DNA from: an uncultured Verrucomicrobiae bacterium
Lineage (GTDB): Bacteria; Verrucomicrobiota; Verrucomicrobiia; Limisphaerales; Palsa-1400
Direction of reading: 5' to 3'
Assembly (NCBI GenBank): GCA_963707025.1
Contig: CAVPOM010000005.1
Coordinates: 416,001-480,000 of the forward strand
Length of the DNA: 64,000 nt
The notes beneath the pieces were generated by a model that saw only the letters and a program-made list of their open reading frames with translations, ran no database searches and was not told the origin of the DNA. Position numbers and translations under genes: made by a program. Positions 9,784-19,640 of this stretch are shown here, one piece after another; the first letter of the stretch is position 1, and each line of letters starts with the position of its first letter.

Positions 9784-11934
9784 ATGGACAAAACCGAATC
9801 GGCGCCGCTCAAACTCAAAGTGACCGAGGCCATCGGCAAAGACGTGGGCCGGGCCTTGGCCCGCCTCGGGCCGGAGGACCTGGAGCGGCTCCAAGCCGCC
9901 ACCGGGGACACCGTGGAAGTCGCCGGCAAACGCGCCACCGTCTGCAAAGTGATGCCGGCCTACAAGGAACTCCGCGGCCAATCCCGCGTGCAATTGGACG
10001 GCCTGACCCGCGAGAACGCCGGGGCCGCCCTGGATGAATTTGTCCAAGTGCGAAAAATTGCCGTGCGCCCGGCCCAGCGCATCGGCCTGGCCCCGCTGAC
10101 CATTGCCCCCGACAGCCGGGACCTGCCCTACATCGGCAGCCTGTTGGACGGCTTGCCGGTGCAGGCCGGGGACCGGATTCGGGCGGCCTTGTTTGGCAGC
10201 CGTTCCGCTGATTTCAAGGTGGAAAACACCCTGCCGCGCGGGCCGGTGCTGATTAATCCCACCACCGAACTGGTCATCGGCAAAGCCGAGGTCAAGGAGC
10301 GCGCCCGCATGGCCGTGCCTTATGAGGACATCGGCGGCCTCAAACCCCAATTGCACCGCATCCGGGAAATGATCGAACTGCCCCTGCGTTATCCGGAAGT
10401 CTTCGAGCGCCTGGGCATAGACGCGCCCAAAGGCGTGCTCTTGCACGGTCCCCCCGGTTGCGGCAAGACCCTCATCGCCCGCGCCATCGCCCATGAAACC
10501 GAAGCCCAATTCTTTGCCGTCAGCGGGCCGGAGATCATCCACAAATTCTACGGCGAGAGCGAGGCGCATCTGCGCAAGGTCTTCGACGAGGCCACCCGCC
10601 AGGGGCCGAGCATCATCTTCCTGGATGAGATAGACGCCATCGCCCCGCGGCGCGAGCAGGTCGCGGGCGAGGTGGAAAAAAGGGTCGTCGCCCAACTCCT
10701 GGCGCTGATGGACGGGCTGAACCAGCGGCAGAATGTCATTGTCATCGGCGCCACCAACCTGCCCAACGCCCTGGATCCGGCCTTGCGCCGGCCCGGCCGG
10801 TTTGACCGCGAAATCGCCATTCCCATTCCCGACCGCCGCGGGCGGCTGGACATCCTGGAAATCCACAGCCGGGGCATGCCCTTGCAGCCGGATGTGGACA
10901 TGACCCGCCTGGCCGAAATCACGCATGGTTTTGTCGGCGCGGACCTGGAGGCGCTCTGCCGGGAGGCGGCCATGATTTGCCTGCGGGACATTCTGGCCGA
11001 CCTGGATTTTTCCCTGGCGAAAATCCCTTGCCAGCGTCTGGCCGGCCTGGAAGTGCGCATGGACCATTTCCTGGCCGCCCTGCGGGAGGTCGAACCCTCG
11101 GCCATCCGGGAGGTCTTTGTCGAAGTGCCCAATGTGCGCTGGAGCGACGTCGGCGGGCTGGCCCGGCTCAAACAAAGGCTGGTCGAAGCCGTCGAGTGGC
11201 CCTTGCGTTACGCCCCGCTCTTTGCGCAAGCGGGCGTCCGCCCGCCCAAGGGCATCCTGCTCTGCGGCCCGCCCGGCTGCGGCAAGACCCTTTTGGCCAA
11301 AGCCATCGCAAACGAAAGCCAGGTCAATTTCATTTCCGTCAAAGGCCCGGCGCTCCTCTCAAAATATGTCGGGGAATCCGAGCGCCAGGTCCGCGACGTC
11401 TTTCGCAAGGCCCGCCAGGCCGCGCCCTGCATTATTTTCTTTGACGAACTGGACGCGGTCATGCCGGCGCGGGGCGGCGCCTCTTCGGACACGCCGGTCA
11501 GCGACCGGGTCTTGAGCCAATTCCTGGCCGAGTTGGACGGGATCGAAGATCTCAAAGGCGTTTTGGTGCTGGGGGCCACCAACCGGCTGGACCGGCTGGA
11601 TCCGGCCGTGCTCCGGCCCGGCCGTTTTGATGAAGTGGTGGAAATCCCCCTCTCGGACGAAGCGGAGCGGCGCGAGATTTTTGCAGTCCATCTCCGCGGC
11701 AAGCCGGTCGCGCCCAACGTCACCATCCCCGGCCTGGCGGCCAGGTCCGGCGGCTTCAGCGGGGCGCAAATCGCCTCGGTCTGCAACCTCGCCGCCTTCC
11801 GGGCGGTGCGCCGCGCGGTGGCGCTGGCCGCCGGTGCGGACACCGCCCAACCGCCGCCGGCGGCGCCGGCCAAGCCGCTGATCGAGGCGGATGACCTGGC
11901 GGCCGCGCTGGCAGAAGTTTCTCCCAAGCGATGA
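9784..11934 (+). CDS. CDC48/p97-family AAA+ ATPase
   Basis: N-domain, YEDIGG, two Walker A motifs GPPGCGKT, FLDEID/FFDELD, RPGRFD twice. Confidence 0.92.
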   Translation: MDKTESAPLKLKVTEAIGKDVGRALARLGPEDLERLQAATGDTVEVAGKRATVCKVMPAYKELRGQSRVQLDGLTRENAGAALDEFVQVRKIAVRPAQRIGLAPLTIAPDSRDLPYIGSLLDGLPVQAGDRIRAALFGSRSADFKVENTLPRGPVLINPTTELVIGKAEVKERARMAVPYEDIGGLKPQLHRIREMIELPLRYPEVFERLGIDAPKGVLLHGPPGCGKTLIARAIAHETEAQFFAVSGPEIIHKFYGESEAHLRKVFDEATRQGPSIIFLDEIDAIAPRREQVAGEVEKRVVAQLLALMDGLNQRQNVIVIGATNLPNALDPALRRPGRFDREIAIPIPDRRGRLDILEIHSRGMPLQPDVDMTRLAEITHGFVGADLEALCREAAMICLRDILADLDFSLAKIPCQRLAGLEVRMDHFLAALREVEPSAIREVFVEVPNVRWSDVGGLARLKQRLVEAVEWPLRYAPLFAQAGVRPPKGILLCGPPGCGKTLLAKAIANESQVNFISVKGPALLSKYVGESERQVRDVFRKARQAAPCIIFFDELDAVMPARGGASSDTPVSDRVLSQFLAELDGIEDLKGVLVLGATNRLDRLDPAVLRPGRFDEVVEIPLSDEAERREIFAVHLRGKPVAPNVTIPGLAARSGGFSGAQIASVCNLAAFRAVRRAVALAAGADTAQPPPAAPAKPLIEADDLAAALAEVSPKR

Positions 11935-12809
11935 ACCCGAATTCCAACGGCGTGTTCTACGTTTACGGGTTCACCCAGGCCGGCCTCGCGCCGCCAACCG
12001 CGGGCGCGGCGGGGACGGCGGCGCGGGTTGGCTCCAACATTCTCAGAGGCGGCATGGATGAACCGCACCCTCCGTTTTTCCAGCGCAGCGGCGAGGTGGC
12101 AGCGGTCTTGAGCCGGGTTTCGCCATCTGAATTCTGCGGACCAACCGGTGAAAAGAATCTGCAAGACCTGGCCTGGCTCGCCCCGCGCGCCTGGCGGCAC
12201 CAGGTCGTGCTGGAGCAGGTCATGCGCCTGGGAGCGGTCTTGCCGGCGCCTTTCGCGACGCTGTTTTCCTCGGCGGCGAGCCTGGATGCTTTTATGCGGC
12301 GGCATGGCGCCGCCATGGACCGCTTTCTGGAGCGCGTGGGAGGCCAGGAAGAATGGTCCGTCCAAGGCTTCCTCGACCAGGCGCGCGCGGAGGCGCAATG
12401 GCTGGCCCGCCCCCGCTCCGGGGAGCCGTGCCTGTCAGGTTCCTTGCCCGGTGTGGCCTATTTGCAGAAACAAAACCGGCGCATCCAGGCCAGGGAAGAG
12501 TTGGACGACCGGCTGGCCGGGGCCTGCGGCGACCTCTTGCGCGACTTGAATCCCCTGGTTTCTGAAATTGTCCCGCGCCGCATTCTGGCGCGCCAGCCGC
12601 CGGACCCGGCGCGGGAGATGGTGCTCCATTGGGCCTTGCTCCTGCCCTCGGCGGCGGTGCCGGATTTTCGCGGCCGGATCGAGCGCGCCAACGCCGAACA
12701 AAATCCGGGCGGCTTGGCCTTCGCCGTGTCCGGTCCCTGGCCCCCCTACAGTTTCTGCCCGCTCCTGGAAGACGAGCCGGCGTGGGAACAGGCCTTCCTG
12801 GAGAAGTAG
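11931..12809 (+). CDS. gvpL: GvpL/GvpF family gas vesicle protein
   Basis: YVYG, HQVVLE..VLPAPFATLF, EEWSVQ, SGPWPPYSF. Confidence 0.85.
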   Translation: MNPNSNGVFYVYGFTQAGLAPPTAGAAGTAARVGSNILRGGMDEPHPPFFQRSGEVAAVLSRVSPSEFCGPTGEKNLQDLAWLAPRAWRHQVVLEQVMRLGAVLPAPFATLFSSAASLDAFMRRHGAAMDRFLERVGGQEEWSVQGFLDQARAEAQWLARPRSGEPCLSGSLPGVAYLQKQNRRIQAREELDDRLAGACGDLLRDLNPLVSEIVPRRILARQPPDPAREMVLHWALLLPSAAVPDFRGRIERANAEQNPGGLAFAVSGPWPPYSFCPLLEDEPAWEQAFLEK

Positions 12810-12813
12810 AACC

Positions 12814-14280
12814 ATGAGCACAGACCATGCCGAGGCCAAGGGCCATGACAGCCTTTACGAGATGTTGTTGAATGCAATTCCTTCGTCGGTCTTGCTCGTC
12901 GGGCGGGATTTGCGCATCACCCTGGCCAACCGGAATTTCTTGGAAAGAAGCCGGCGCACCCGGGAAGCGACGCTGGAGCGGCGGTTGCCGGAAGTCTTTC
13001 CGCCCGCCATTTTGGATCACACCCAGATCGTGCGGCGCATTCAAAGCGTTTTTGACACCAACAAGCCGACCACCGGCGAAAAAATCACCTACCGCGCGCC
13101 GGGCGGGCTGATGCGCATTTACTACTACCTGGTCCTCCCCCTGCCCGATCGGGACCAGGTGGAGTTTGCCATCCTGGTGATGGACGACGTGACGGAACGG
13201 GAGCGTTTGAGCGAGGACATCCGCCGCATGGAACGCCACCTCAGGATCGTGGTGGAGAGCACCAGCGAAATTATTCTTTCGACCGACACCGAGGGCCGGA
13301 TTCTCAGTTGGAACCAAGCCGCCGAGCAGATTTCCGGCTACACACCCCAGGAAGTGGCCGGGAAGCACTTTTGGGAATTTTGCGCCGGCGAGCATCAGGC
13401 CGGCGTGCGCCGCTTGTTCTCCGAACGGGAAGCGGGCAAATCCCCGCAGCGGTTGGAATGGAATTTGGTGACCAAAGCCGCCAGGGAGGTTCCCGTTTCC
13501 TGGATCTGTTCGCCCATGATGGACGACCAGGGCCAAAGCATCGGCCTTGTGGCCGTGGGGCGCAACCTGACCGAAAGCCGCAAGCTGGAAGCCCAATTGC
13601 TCCAGGCCCAAAAGCTGGCCGCCCTGGGGGTGATGGCCGGCGGCATTGCCCATGAGTTGCGCAATCCCCTGGCCATCTGTTCCTCCGCCGCCCAGTTCCT
13701 GATGGAGGAGCAAATCACCCCGGAGTTCCAGCGCGAATGCGCCCAAAAGGTGCAACAGGGCATGCAAAGGGCCTCCGGCATCATTGATCACCTCTTGAAA
13801 TTCGCCCGACCTTCCCAGCGGGGCGACCGCGTCAAGCTGGACCTGCTGGCCGTCCTGAACGAAACCCTGGCCTTGGTGGCCGATCAGGCCAAAATTCAAA
13901 ACATAAACGTCCAGGCGCAACTGCCCGAGGCGCCCGCCTTTGTGCAAGGCGACGCACACCTGCTCCAACAGGTCTTCATGAACCTGTTCCTCAACGCCAT
14001 CCACGCCATGCCCAACGGCGGCCAACTCCGTGTCGCCCTCGCCACCGCCCCACACCAGGTCAGTGTCCAGGTGGCCGACACCGGCCACGGCATCGCCGCG
14101 GCGGACCTGGGCAACCTCTTCGATCCCTTCTCCTCCAAGTCCAACGGCAGAATCGGCACCGGCCTGGGCCTGCCGCTTTCCTATGCCATTGTCCAACAGC
14201 ACGCCGGCGCCATTGAAGTGGACAGCGTGCCGGGACAAGGCAGCGCCTTCACGGTGCGCCTGGGCCTGAGTCCGGATTGA
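12814..14280 (+). CDS. Cytoplasmic PAS-PAS histidine kinase (GvrB-like)
   Basis: Two PAS regions, AHELRNPL, QVFMNLFLNA, DTGHG, GTGLGL; no TM segment seen. Confidence 0.88.
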   Translation: MSTDHAEAKGHDSLYEMLLNAIPSSVLLVGRDLRITLANRNFLERSRRTREATLERRLPEVFPPAILDHTQIVRRIQSVFDTNKPTTGEKITYRAPGGLMRIYYYLVLPLPDRDQVEFAILVMDDVTERERLSEDIRRMERHLRIVVESTSEIILSTDTEGRILSWNQAAEQISGYTPQEVAGKHFWEFCAGEHQAGVRRLFSEREAGKSPQRLEWNLVTKAAREVPVSWICSPMMDDQGQSIGLVAVGRNLTESRKLEAQLLQAQKLAALGVMAGGIAHELRNPLAICSSAAQFLMEEQITPEFQRECAQKVQQGMQRASGIIDHLLKFARPSQRGDRVKLDLLAVLNETLALVADQAKIQNINVQAQLPEAPAFVQGDAHLLQQVFMNLFLNAIHAMPNGGQLRVALATAPHQVSVQVADTGHGIAAADLGNLFDPFSSKSNGRIGTGLGLPLSYAIVQQHAGAIEVDSVPGQGSAFTVRLGLSPD

Positions 14281-14296
14281 TCCCTGCGCCAAAGAC

Positions 14297-14833
14297 ATGA
14301 ACCGCGAATACCTTATTGTGGATGACGAGCCGGACCTGTGCTGGGTCTTGGAACATCTTTTAACCTCCCACGGGCTGCCTTGTCAAACGGCCCAGACCGC
14401 CCAAGCGGCCCTGGACTTGATGAAGGCCCACCGCTTCCGACTCGCCTTCCTGGATGTCACCCTCCCGGATATGAACGGACTGGAATTGGCCAGGCTTTTG
14501 CGCAAATTGGACCCCTTCCTCCGTTTCGTCATCGTCTCCGGCTACCTTTCCAGGGAAGCGGCGGCCGTGGCCCAGGCCCAGGCCAATGGACTCATTTGCG
14601 CCTGCATCAACAAACCTTTCCTCCACCAGGAAATCCTCGGCGTCATCCGCCATTTGGCGGCGGCGGACGCCGCGCGGCGGGGAGGTTTCGCCCCGCCAGT
14701 AGGGAGCGCGGGCCAGGGAACCTGTTCCCTAAAGCCGGCCGGCGGGCCGCTGCTGAATCTTAAAACCGGCGCCAACCCCGGCGCAGGCCAGGGCAAGCCC
14801 ATCCCGCCGGCTCCTCCCCGGGCCATGGCATGA
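14297..14833 (+). CDS. Single-domain response regulator (GvrC-like); C-terminal tail runs over the gvpA promoter
   Basis: LIVDDE, FLDVTLPDMNG, VSG, KPF. Confidence 0.8.
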   Translation: MNREYLIVDDEPDLCWVLEHLLTSHGLPCQTAQTAQAALDLMKAHRFRLAFLDVTLPDMNGLELARLLRKLDPFLRFVIVSGYLSREAAAVAQAQANGLICACINKPFLHQEILGVIRHLAAADAARRGGFAPPVGSAGQGTCSLKPAGGPLLNLKTGANPGAGQGKPIPPAPPRAMA

Positions 14834-14879
14834 CTTATGCAGAAGCTCCCCGCGAGAACGATTCCAGGTGTTCTGGAAG
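14691..14879 (+). promoter_or_regulatory. sigma54 promoter plus enhancer module, copy 1 (gvpA)
   Basis: Palindrome AGGGAAC-CT-GTTCCCT 14715-14730; TGGCATGACTTATGCA 14826-14841 (GG-N10-GC); homologous to 19903-20092. Confidence 0.8.
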
Positions 14880-14918
14880 CATCCTGAATGAGCGAAACAT
14901 TAAACACAAAGAACGAAT

Positions 14919-15137
14919 ATGGCAAAAGTCACAAAATCAACAGACTCCTCGAGTCTGGCGGAAGTGGTGGATCGAATTCTTGACAAGGGCATCGTCATTG
15001 ATGTTTGGGCCAAGGTTTCTCTGGTCGGAATCGAACTGGTTTCCATCGAAGCCCGCGTGGTCATCGCCTCCGTCGAGACCTACCTGAAGTATGCCGAGGC
15101 CATCGGCCTGACGGCCACCGCCGCGGCCCCAGCTTAA
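14919..15137 (+). CDS. gvpA: Major gas vesicle structural protein GvpA
   Basis: [55 protein letters not shown]. Confidence 0.97.
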   Translation: MAKVTKSTDSSSLAEVVDRILDKGIVIDVWAKVSLVGIELVSIEARVVIASVETYLKYAEAIGLTATAAAPA

Positions 15138-15228
15138 CAAGGAGGCGCCAGCCAGTGTCGGGCGGGGATTGATTCCATTCCCCGCCTGACGCAACCCTGG
15201 CCATCCTCCAGGCAGGAAAGGCTTTGCC

Positions 15229-15678
15229 ATGACCCATAATTTATCCAATGACATGACCCGCTTGTGCGGCGGCATCGCCGCCTTGCGGGACAGCCGCGCC
15301 AATTTCATGAGCCACCTCGCCCACACCCGCGCGGAAATGCAGGCGGCCATCAGCCGGTTGCTCGGCGGCTTCGCCGAGGCCCGATCCGGCATGGCCCAAC
15401 AAACCAAAGCCGAACTGGGTGGCTTTGTCGGCCGCGTCAAGGACGCGGTGACCGGGCTGCGGCAAAACGCCGCCCAATTGCAGGATGACTTCCGGGATGA
15501 CCTCGCGGGCGCCCACCGGGCCTGGCATGGCTCCGGCGCCGGTCCACGGCCGGCCCCAACGGCCGCCAAGCCCTCCCCCGGGCCGGGGAACCGTCCGACG
15601 AGCTGGCCCCAAAAGCGAGAAAGAAGAAACGGTAGGACCAGCCCGCCGCCGCTTATCAGAACAGTTTGGCCTCAATGA
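15229..15678 (+). CDS. gvpC: GvpC-like amphipathic helical protein; probably ends at TAG 15635 after a 1-nt indel
   Basis: Directly after gvpA; helical Ala/Arg/Phe repeats; an alternate frame gives the tail EPSDELAPKARKKKR*. Confidence 0.55.
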   Translation: MTHNLSNDMTRLCGGIAALRDSRANFMSHLAHTRAEMQAAISRLLGGFAEARSGMAQQTKAELGGFVGRVKDAVTGLRQNAAQLQDDFRDDLAGAHRAWHGSGAGPRPAPTAAKPSPGPGNRPTSWPQKRERRNGRTSPPPLIRTVWPQ

Positions 15679-15931
15679 CCGGGAAGTAAGGGTTGTTGTG
15701 TTGCATAGGTTGCATGGGCTGCATGGGAGGGCGCCGCGCCAGAGCGGCAGAGGGACTATCGGTCATTGAGGCTGTTCTGGCCGGCAAGCCCCGGCCTTGC
15801 CAACAATCAAATATCTGACAACCCCTCAATATCTTTGCCAGCCCAGCGCCCTCGCCGGGCGTTTCTTTATCCGGCTGCTATCCGCCGCTTCCTTTGCCCC
15901 GCCAAGAAAAACCCGTCCCTCCTTTCCTTCC

Positions 15932-16016
15932 TGTAGCGGCGGCCTATGACCGCCGCAAACCAGGGGAATGTGCGGCATGGCGACAGTCCTGGACCGCCGC
16001 TCCAGGCGTTGTGCAG
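15932..16016 (+). repeat. GTAG-type REP-like palindromic element, intergenic copy
   Basis: TGTAGCGGCGGCCTATGACCGCCGCAAACCAGGGGAA...ACCGCCGCTCCAGGCGT; second copy at 23679-23763. Confidence 0.7.
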
Positions 16017-16201
16017 AGGTCCCTTTCCCATAGCGGTTTTCGGACATGTAACCGGCCTGTAACCAAACCGCAATATCAGTAACCGAATTATTACAATCGT
16101 CACGTTTACTTTTTCGGGATGGGCGTGATTAAGTTGGCGCGCCAATACGGCATGTTAATAAAAGGAATAAGAAAACAAAATTGCACTTAAAAAAGTTACC
16201 T

Positions 16202-17911
16202 ATGAAGACAACAATTCATATCCATCGCTTGGAAAGCAAAGACAGCACCAACAGCACCAACAGCACCAACAACGCAGCGGGAGTCTCCGGACTGCATTCC
16301 GGAAGGCCAGGGCGCACAACCGCGCTCATCGGCGCCACCGCCGCGGCCCTTCTGCTCGCCGCCCACCTGGCCCAGGCGGGCGAGGACCGTGACCCGAAAC
16401 ATGTGGGCGCCATCTTCGTCATCGCGCTGGAGAATCACAACTTGACCCAGCCCAGCCCGGCTTCCAGTCCGCAACAAATTCTCGGCAATCCGGCTGCGCC
16501 CTTCATCAACAGTCTCATGACGCCAGGCAACCCGAATGCGGCGCAGGTTTCCTATGCCGCGGCCTACTATAACGCTGGCATCGGCGTCCATCCCTCCGAG
16601 CCTAATTATGTCTGGGCCGAAGCAGGGACGGACTTTGGGTTTCACTCCGATGCCGACCCCAGCCCGGCCAATGGCAATAGGTTCTACGATAATTCACCCC
16701 AACTCATCAGCCAATTGACCGCCGATGGCAACACCGTGATGTTCTGGCATCGCAACGATACCCCCCACCTCACCGGGCAATTGAACGCGGCCGGCATTCC
16801 ATGGAAAAACTACCAGGAAGACGTTGAACTGAGCGCCAGCCCGACTAACAGCGCCTCGGGCACCACCGGCCCGGTCAACCCCTATAACGCCACGACCCAA
16901 TACAATTACGCCGTCAAACACAACCCGATGGCCTTCTTCAGCGACACCGCCTTCCTGAACGTCTATCCGCTGGCCCAGCTCTTCCTGGACCTCGCCAGCA
17001 ACTCGGTCGGGCGCTACAATTGGATCACGCCCGATCAATATAACGAAGCCCATAGCTCGCTCACCGGCGGGTTCACTTATCAGGGCATCCATTATTCCGG
17101 CGACCAGTCCGCCATTGCGGCCGCGGACAACTTCCTGGCCATCGTCCTCCCGCAAATCATGGCCTCGCCGGCCTACCAGGACAATGGCGTCATCATCCTG
17201 TGGTGGGATGAAACCGAAACCGGCGACAACACCAGCTTCACCATTCCCGAGATCATCATCTCCCCTCTGGCCAAGGGCAACGCTTACGCCAGCACCGTGC
17301 CGATGAACCATTCCTCCGACCTCAAAACCATGGAGGAAATCTTCGGCCTGCCCGCTGTCAATAATCCCATCCCCCTGGCCGAGACCAATTCCGGCGGCGG
17401 TTTCAACAACGTGGCGACCGTCAACGACTTGAGCGACCTGTTCATGCCCGGTGCCATCCCGGCTCCCCTGAACTTGGAAGTGACGGGCGATGGTTTCGTG
17501 ATGAAGGGCAACTCGGGGCACGTCTCGCAAAAGGTGCTCATCACCAACAACGGCGACACTCCGGCCCCCGCCCCCTTGTTCCTCGTGCTGGATGACCTCA
17601 GCGCCAACGCCACCCTGCTCAATTCAGACGGCGCGACGGGCGTGCTGGCCCCCCTCGGCAGCCCTTACGTCAGAGTTCACAGCGACGGCCACGGCCACGA
17701 CCAGGACGACGTCCTGCGTCCCCATGAAACCGCCACCGTGACCCTGGAGTTCCTCGACCCCAGCGGCGATGCCATAAGCTACAGCGCGCGCGTGCTCAAC
17801 GTCACGCCGGCGCCTTGCGCCGGCCGCCTCGCCCGGATTGCGGCGGTGTTATTGGCATTCTTCACGGGGGCCGGCCTTGCGCCGGCCCCCTTCGCTTTTT
17901 CGCCAAAATAA
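16202..17911 (+). CDS. Secreted phosphoesterase (acid phosphatase/PLC family) with C-terminal Ig-like domain
   Basis: IFVIALENH, HPSEPNY, WKNYQE, YAVKHNP, WITPDQYNEAH, LWWDE, NHSSDLKTMEEIFG. Confidence 0.8.
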   Translation: MKTTIHIHRLESKDSTNSTNSTNNAAGVSGLHSGRPGRTTALIGATAAALLLAAHLAQAGEDRDPKHVGAIFVIALENHNLTQPSPASSPQQILGNPAAPFINSLMTPGNPNAAQVSYAAAYYNAGIGVHPSEPNYVWAEAGTDFGFHSDADPSPANGNRFYDNSPQLISQLTADGNTVMFWHRNDTPHLTGQLNAAGIPWKNYQEDVELSASPTNSASGTTGPVNPYNATTQYNYAVKHNPMAFFSDTAFLNVYPLAQLFLDLASNSVGRYNWITPDQYNEAHSSLTGGFTYQGIHYSGDQSAIAAADNFLAIVLPQIMASPAYQDNGVIILWWDETETGDNTSFTIPEIIISPLAKGNAYASTVPMNHSSDLKTMEEIFGLPAVNNPIPLAETNSGGGFNNVATVNDLSDLFMPGAIPAPLNLEVTGDGFVMKGNSGHVSQKVLITNNGDTPAPAPLFLVLDDLSANATLLNSDGATGVLAPLGSPYVRVHSDGHGHDQDDVLRPHETATVTLEFLDPSGDAISYSARVLNVTPAPCAGRLARIAAVLLAFFTGAGLAPAPFAFSPK

Positions 17912-17966
17912 AGGAAAGGGAATCGGGTCGCCCATTGTTTCGTCTTGCGGCGCGCAACAGCCGTGC

Positions 17967-17995
17967 TTGACAAATCAAGCCCCGCCTGATAAAAT
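17967..17995 (+). promoter_or_regulatory. sigma70 promoter
   Basis: TTGACA-17nt-TAAAAT. Confidence 0.7.
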
Positions 17996-18082
17996 CAAAC
18001 CATCCCGTGAAAGAGTCGCAGCGGACATCTAGTGCAACCCGCCGCGGGATGGCGGGATAGGGCGATGAAATAAAAACCATGC

Positions 18083-19516
18083 ATGAATGGCATGAGATTC
18101 CAAAAGTTAAAACGTTTGATTTGGATCGGATTGTGCCCCGCCGCAGGCCTGATCTTCGTGGCCTGCAACAAAACCGACGCATCCAAAAGCCCAGGCGAAA
18201 CCATGCCGCTGACGCGTCTGGATTGGAACCTGAAAATCCTGGTTGAGGCCTACCAAAAATCCGGCCACGCCAACCCAAAATGGGATGTCCCGGCCGAGCG
18301 CGCCCTGACGGAATATGCCAACGCCCGATCCCAAACCACAGAATCCAACGAGAATTGGGGGGCGATTATTTCCAACAATTGCAGCGCCGCTCTGGAGGCG
18401 GGTTGTGATGACCCGATGATTCATCTTTTGCACGTCCGCTTTGGCATGGACCAGACCGGCAGCAGGCAGTCCTTTGCCGAGGCGTTTCGCGTGGCGGCAT
18501 TGGACATGGAGGCCAGTCCCTATCCGGACATCCTGAAATTTGACGCCTGGCTGCGCGAGGGACGACAAGCCATCTATACCTATGGTTACGGCACGAATAT
18601 CCCCGTGGAAGTGGCCCGGCTGGAAATATGGCCGCATGCCGAAACCAATCTTTTGGCGGCGCTCTCAGACCGGACGATGCCACCGGAGGAGGCTTACAAT
18701 GCCTGCCATGCCCTTCTGGAGGAATGGAAAGGCAACGCGGATCATTACGCGGAGCTGTATCACAGCATGGAAAAGCGGTTTCCCGGCCCTTGGAAAAACG
18801 AGCCTGTCATCCTGCTCTTAAAAGGCGAGGCTTGCATCGAAATGGCCTGGCACGCGCGAGGCTCGGGCTATGCCAATACGGTCACGGGCGCGGGTTGGAA
18901 ATTGTTTCGCGAGCGTCTCGCCGCAGCCGAGGCGGCCTTGACCAAAGCCTGGCAGCTCAATGCGCACGACCCTCGCATCGCTGTCAAAATGATGAAAGTG
19001 GAACTGGGGCAGGGCCAGGGCCGGGACCGGATGGAACTCTGGTTCCTCCGCGCCATGGAACTGGACCCCAATGACTACGACGCCTGCAATTCCAAACTTT
19101 GGTACCTCGAACCCAAATGGTACGGCTCGGTGTCCGACATGCTGGCCTTTGGACGCGAATGCGTCCAGAACCAGCAATGGGGCGGCCACGTTCCCCTCAT
19201 CCTGCTCGATGCCCACCTGGCCATCCAACAGGAGTTCGCCGACCCTGCGGAGAAAACCAATTATTGGACGCAGCCCAAGGTCTGGCTGGATCTCAAAGAT
19301 GCCTTTGACCGCTTCTTTGAACTCAATCCGGGCGAAACCAGTTGGTATCACAACTATGCCTGGTTCGCCTGGCAGGCAGGGCAGTGGGCCACTCTCAACA
19401 ACCTGATCCCCAAACTCGCGCCGGTGAATTACGATTACTTCGGCGGCAAGGATAAATTCGAGACCATGCTCACCCTGGCTAAAGAGCACGCCGGCGAAAC
19501 CAAGGCGAAAGATTAG
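18083..19516 (+). CDS. Lipoprotein with DUF4034-like helical domain
   Basis: Lipobox-like IFVAC; AWHARGSGYANTV...FRERLAAAE, LEPKWYGS. Confidence 0.65.
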   Translation: MNGMRFQKLKRLIWIGLCPAAGLIFVACNKTDASKSPGETMPLTRLDWNLKILVEAYQKSGHANPKWDVPAERALTEYANARSQTTESNENWGAIISNNCSAALEAGCDDPMIHLLHVRFGMDQTGSRQSFAEAFRVAALDMEASPYPDILKFDAWLREGRQAIYTYGYGTNIPVEVARLEIWPHAETNLLAALSDRTMPPEEAYNACHALLEEWKGNADHYAELYHSMEKRFPGPWKNEPVILLLKGEACIEMAWHARGSGYANTVTGAGWKLFRERLAAAEAALTKAWQLNAHDPRIAVKMMKVELGQGQGRDRMELWFLRAMELDPNDYDACNSKLWYLEPKWYGSVSDMLAFGRECVQNQQWGGHVPLILLDAHLAIQQEFADPAEKTNYWTQPKVWLDLKDAFDRFFELNPGETSWYHNYAWFAWQAGQWATLNNLIPKLAPVNYDYFGGKDKFETMLTLAKEHAGETKAKD

Positions 19517-19640
19517 GGCGCTTTAAGAAATTGTGCAGCCCTAAATGAAGATGGCAGCGCGCGCGGTGCGCATTTGACTTTTCTTGGCGATTCTTTGCCT
19601 CGGGCAGGATTTCCGCGATTCAAACAATTGCAAACTGGCC

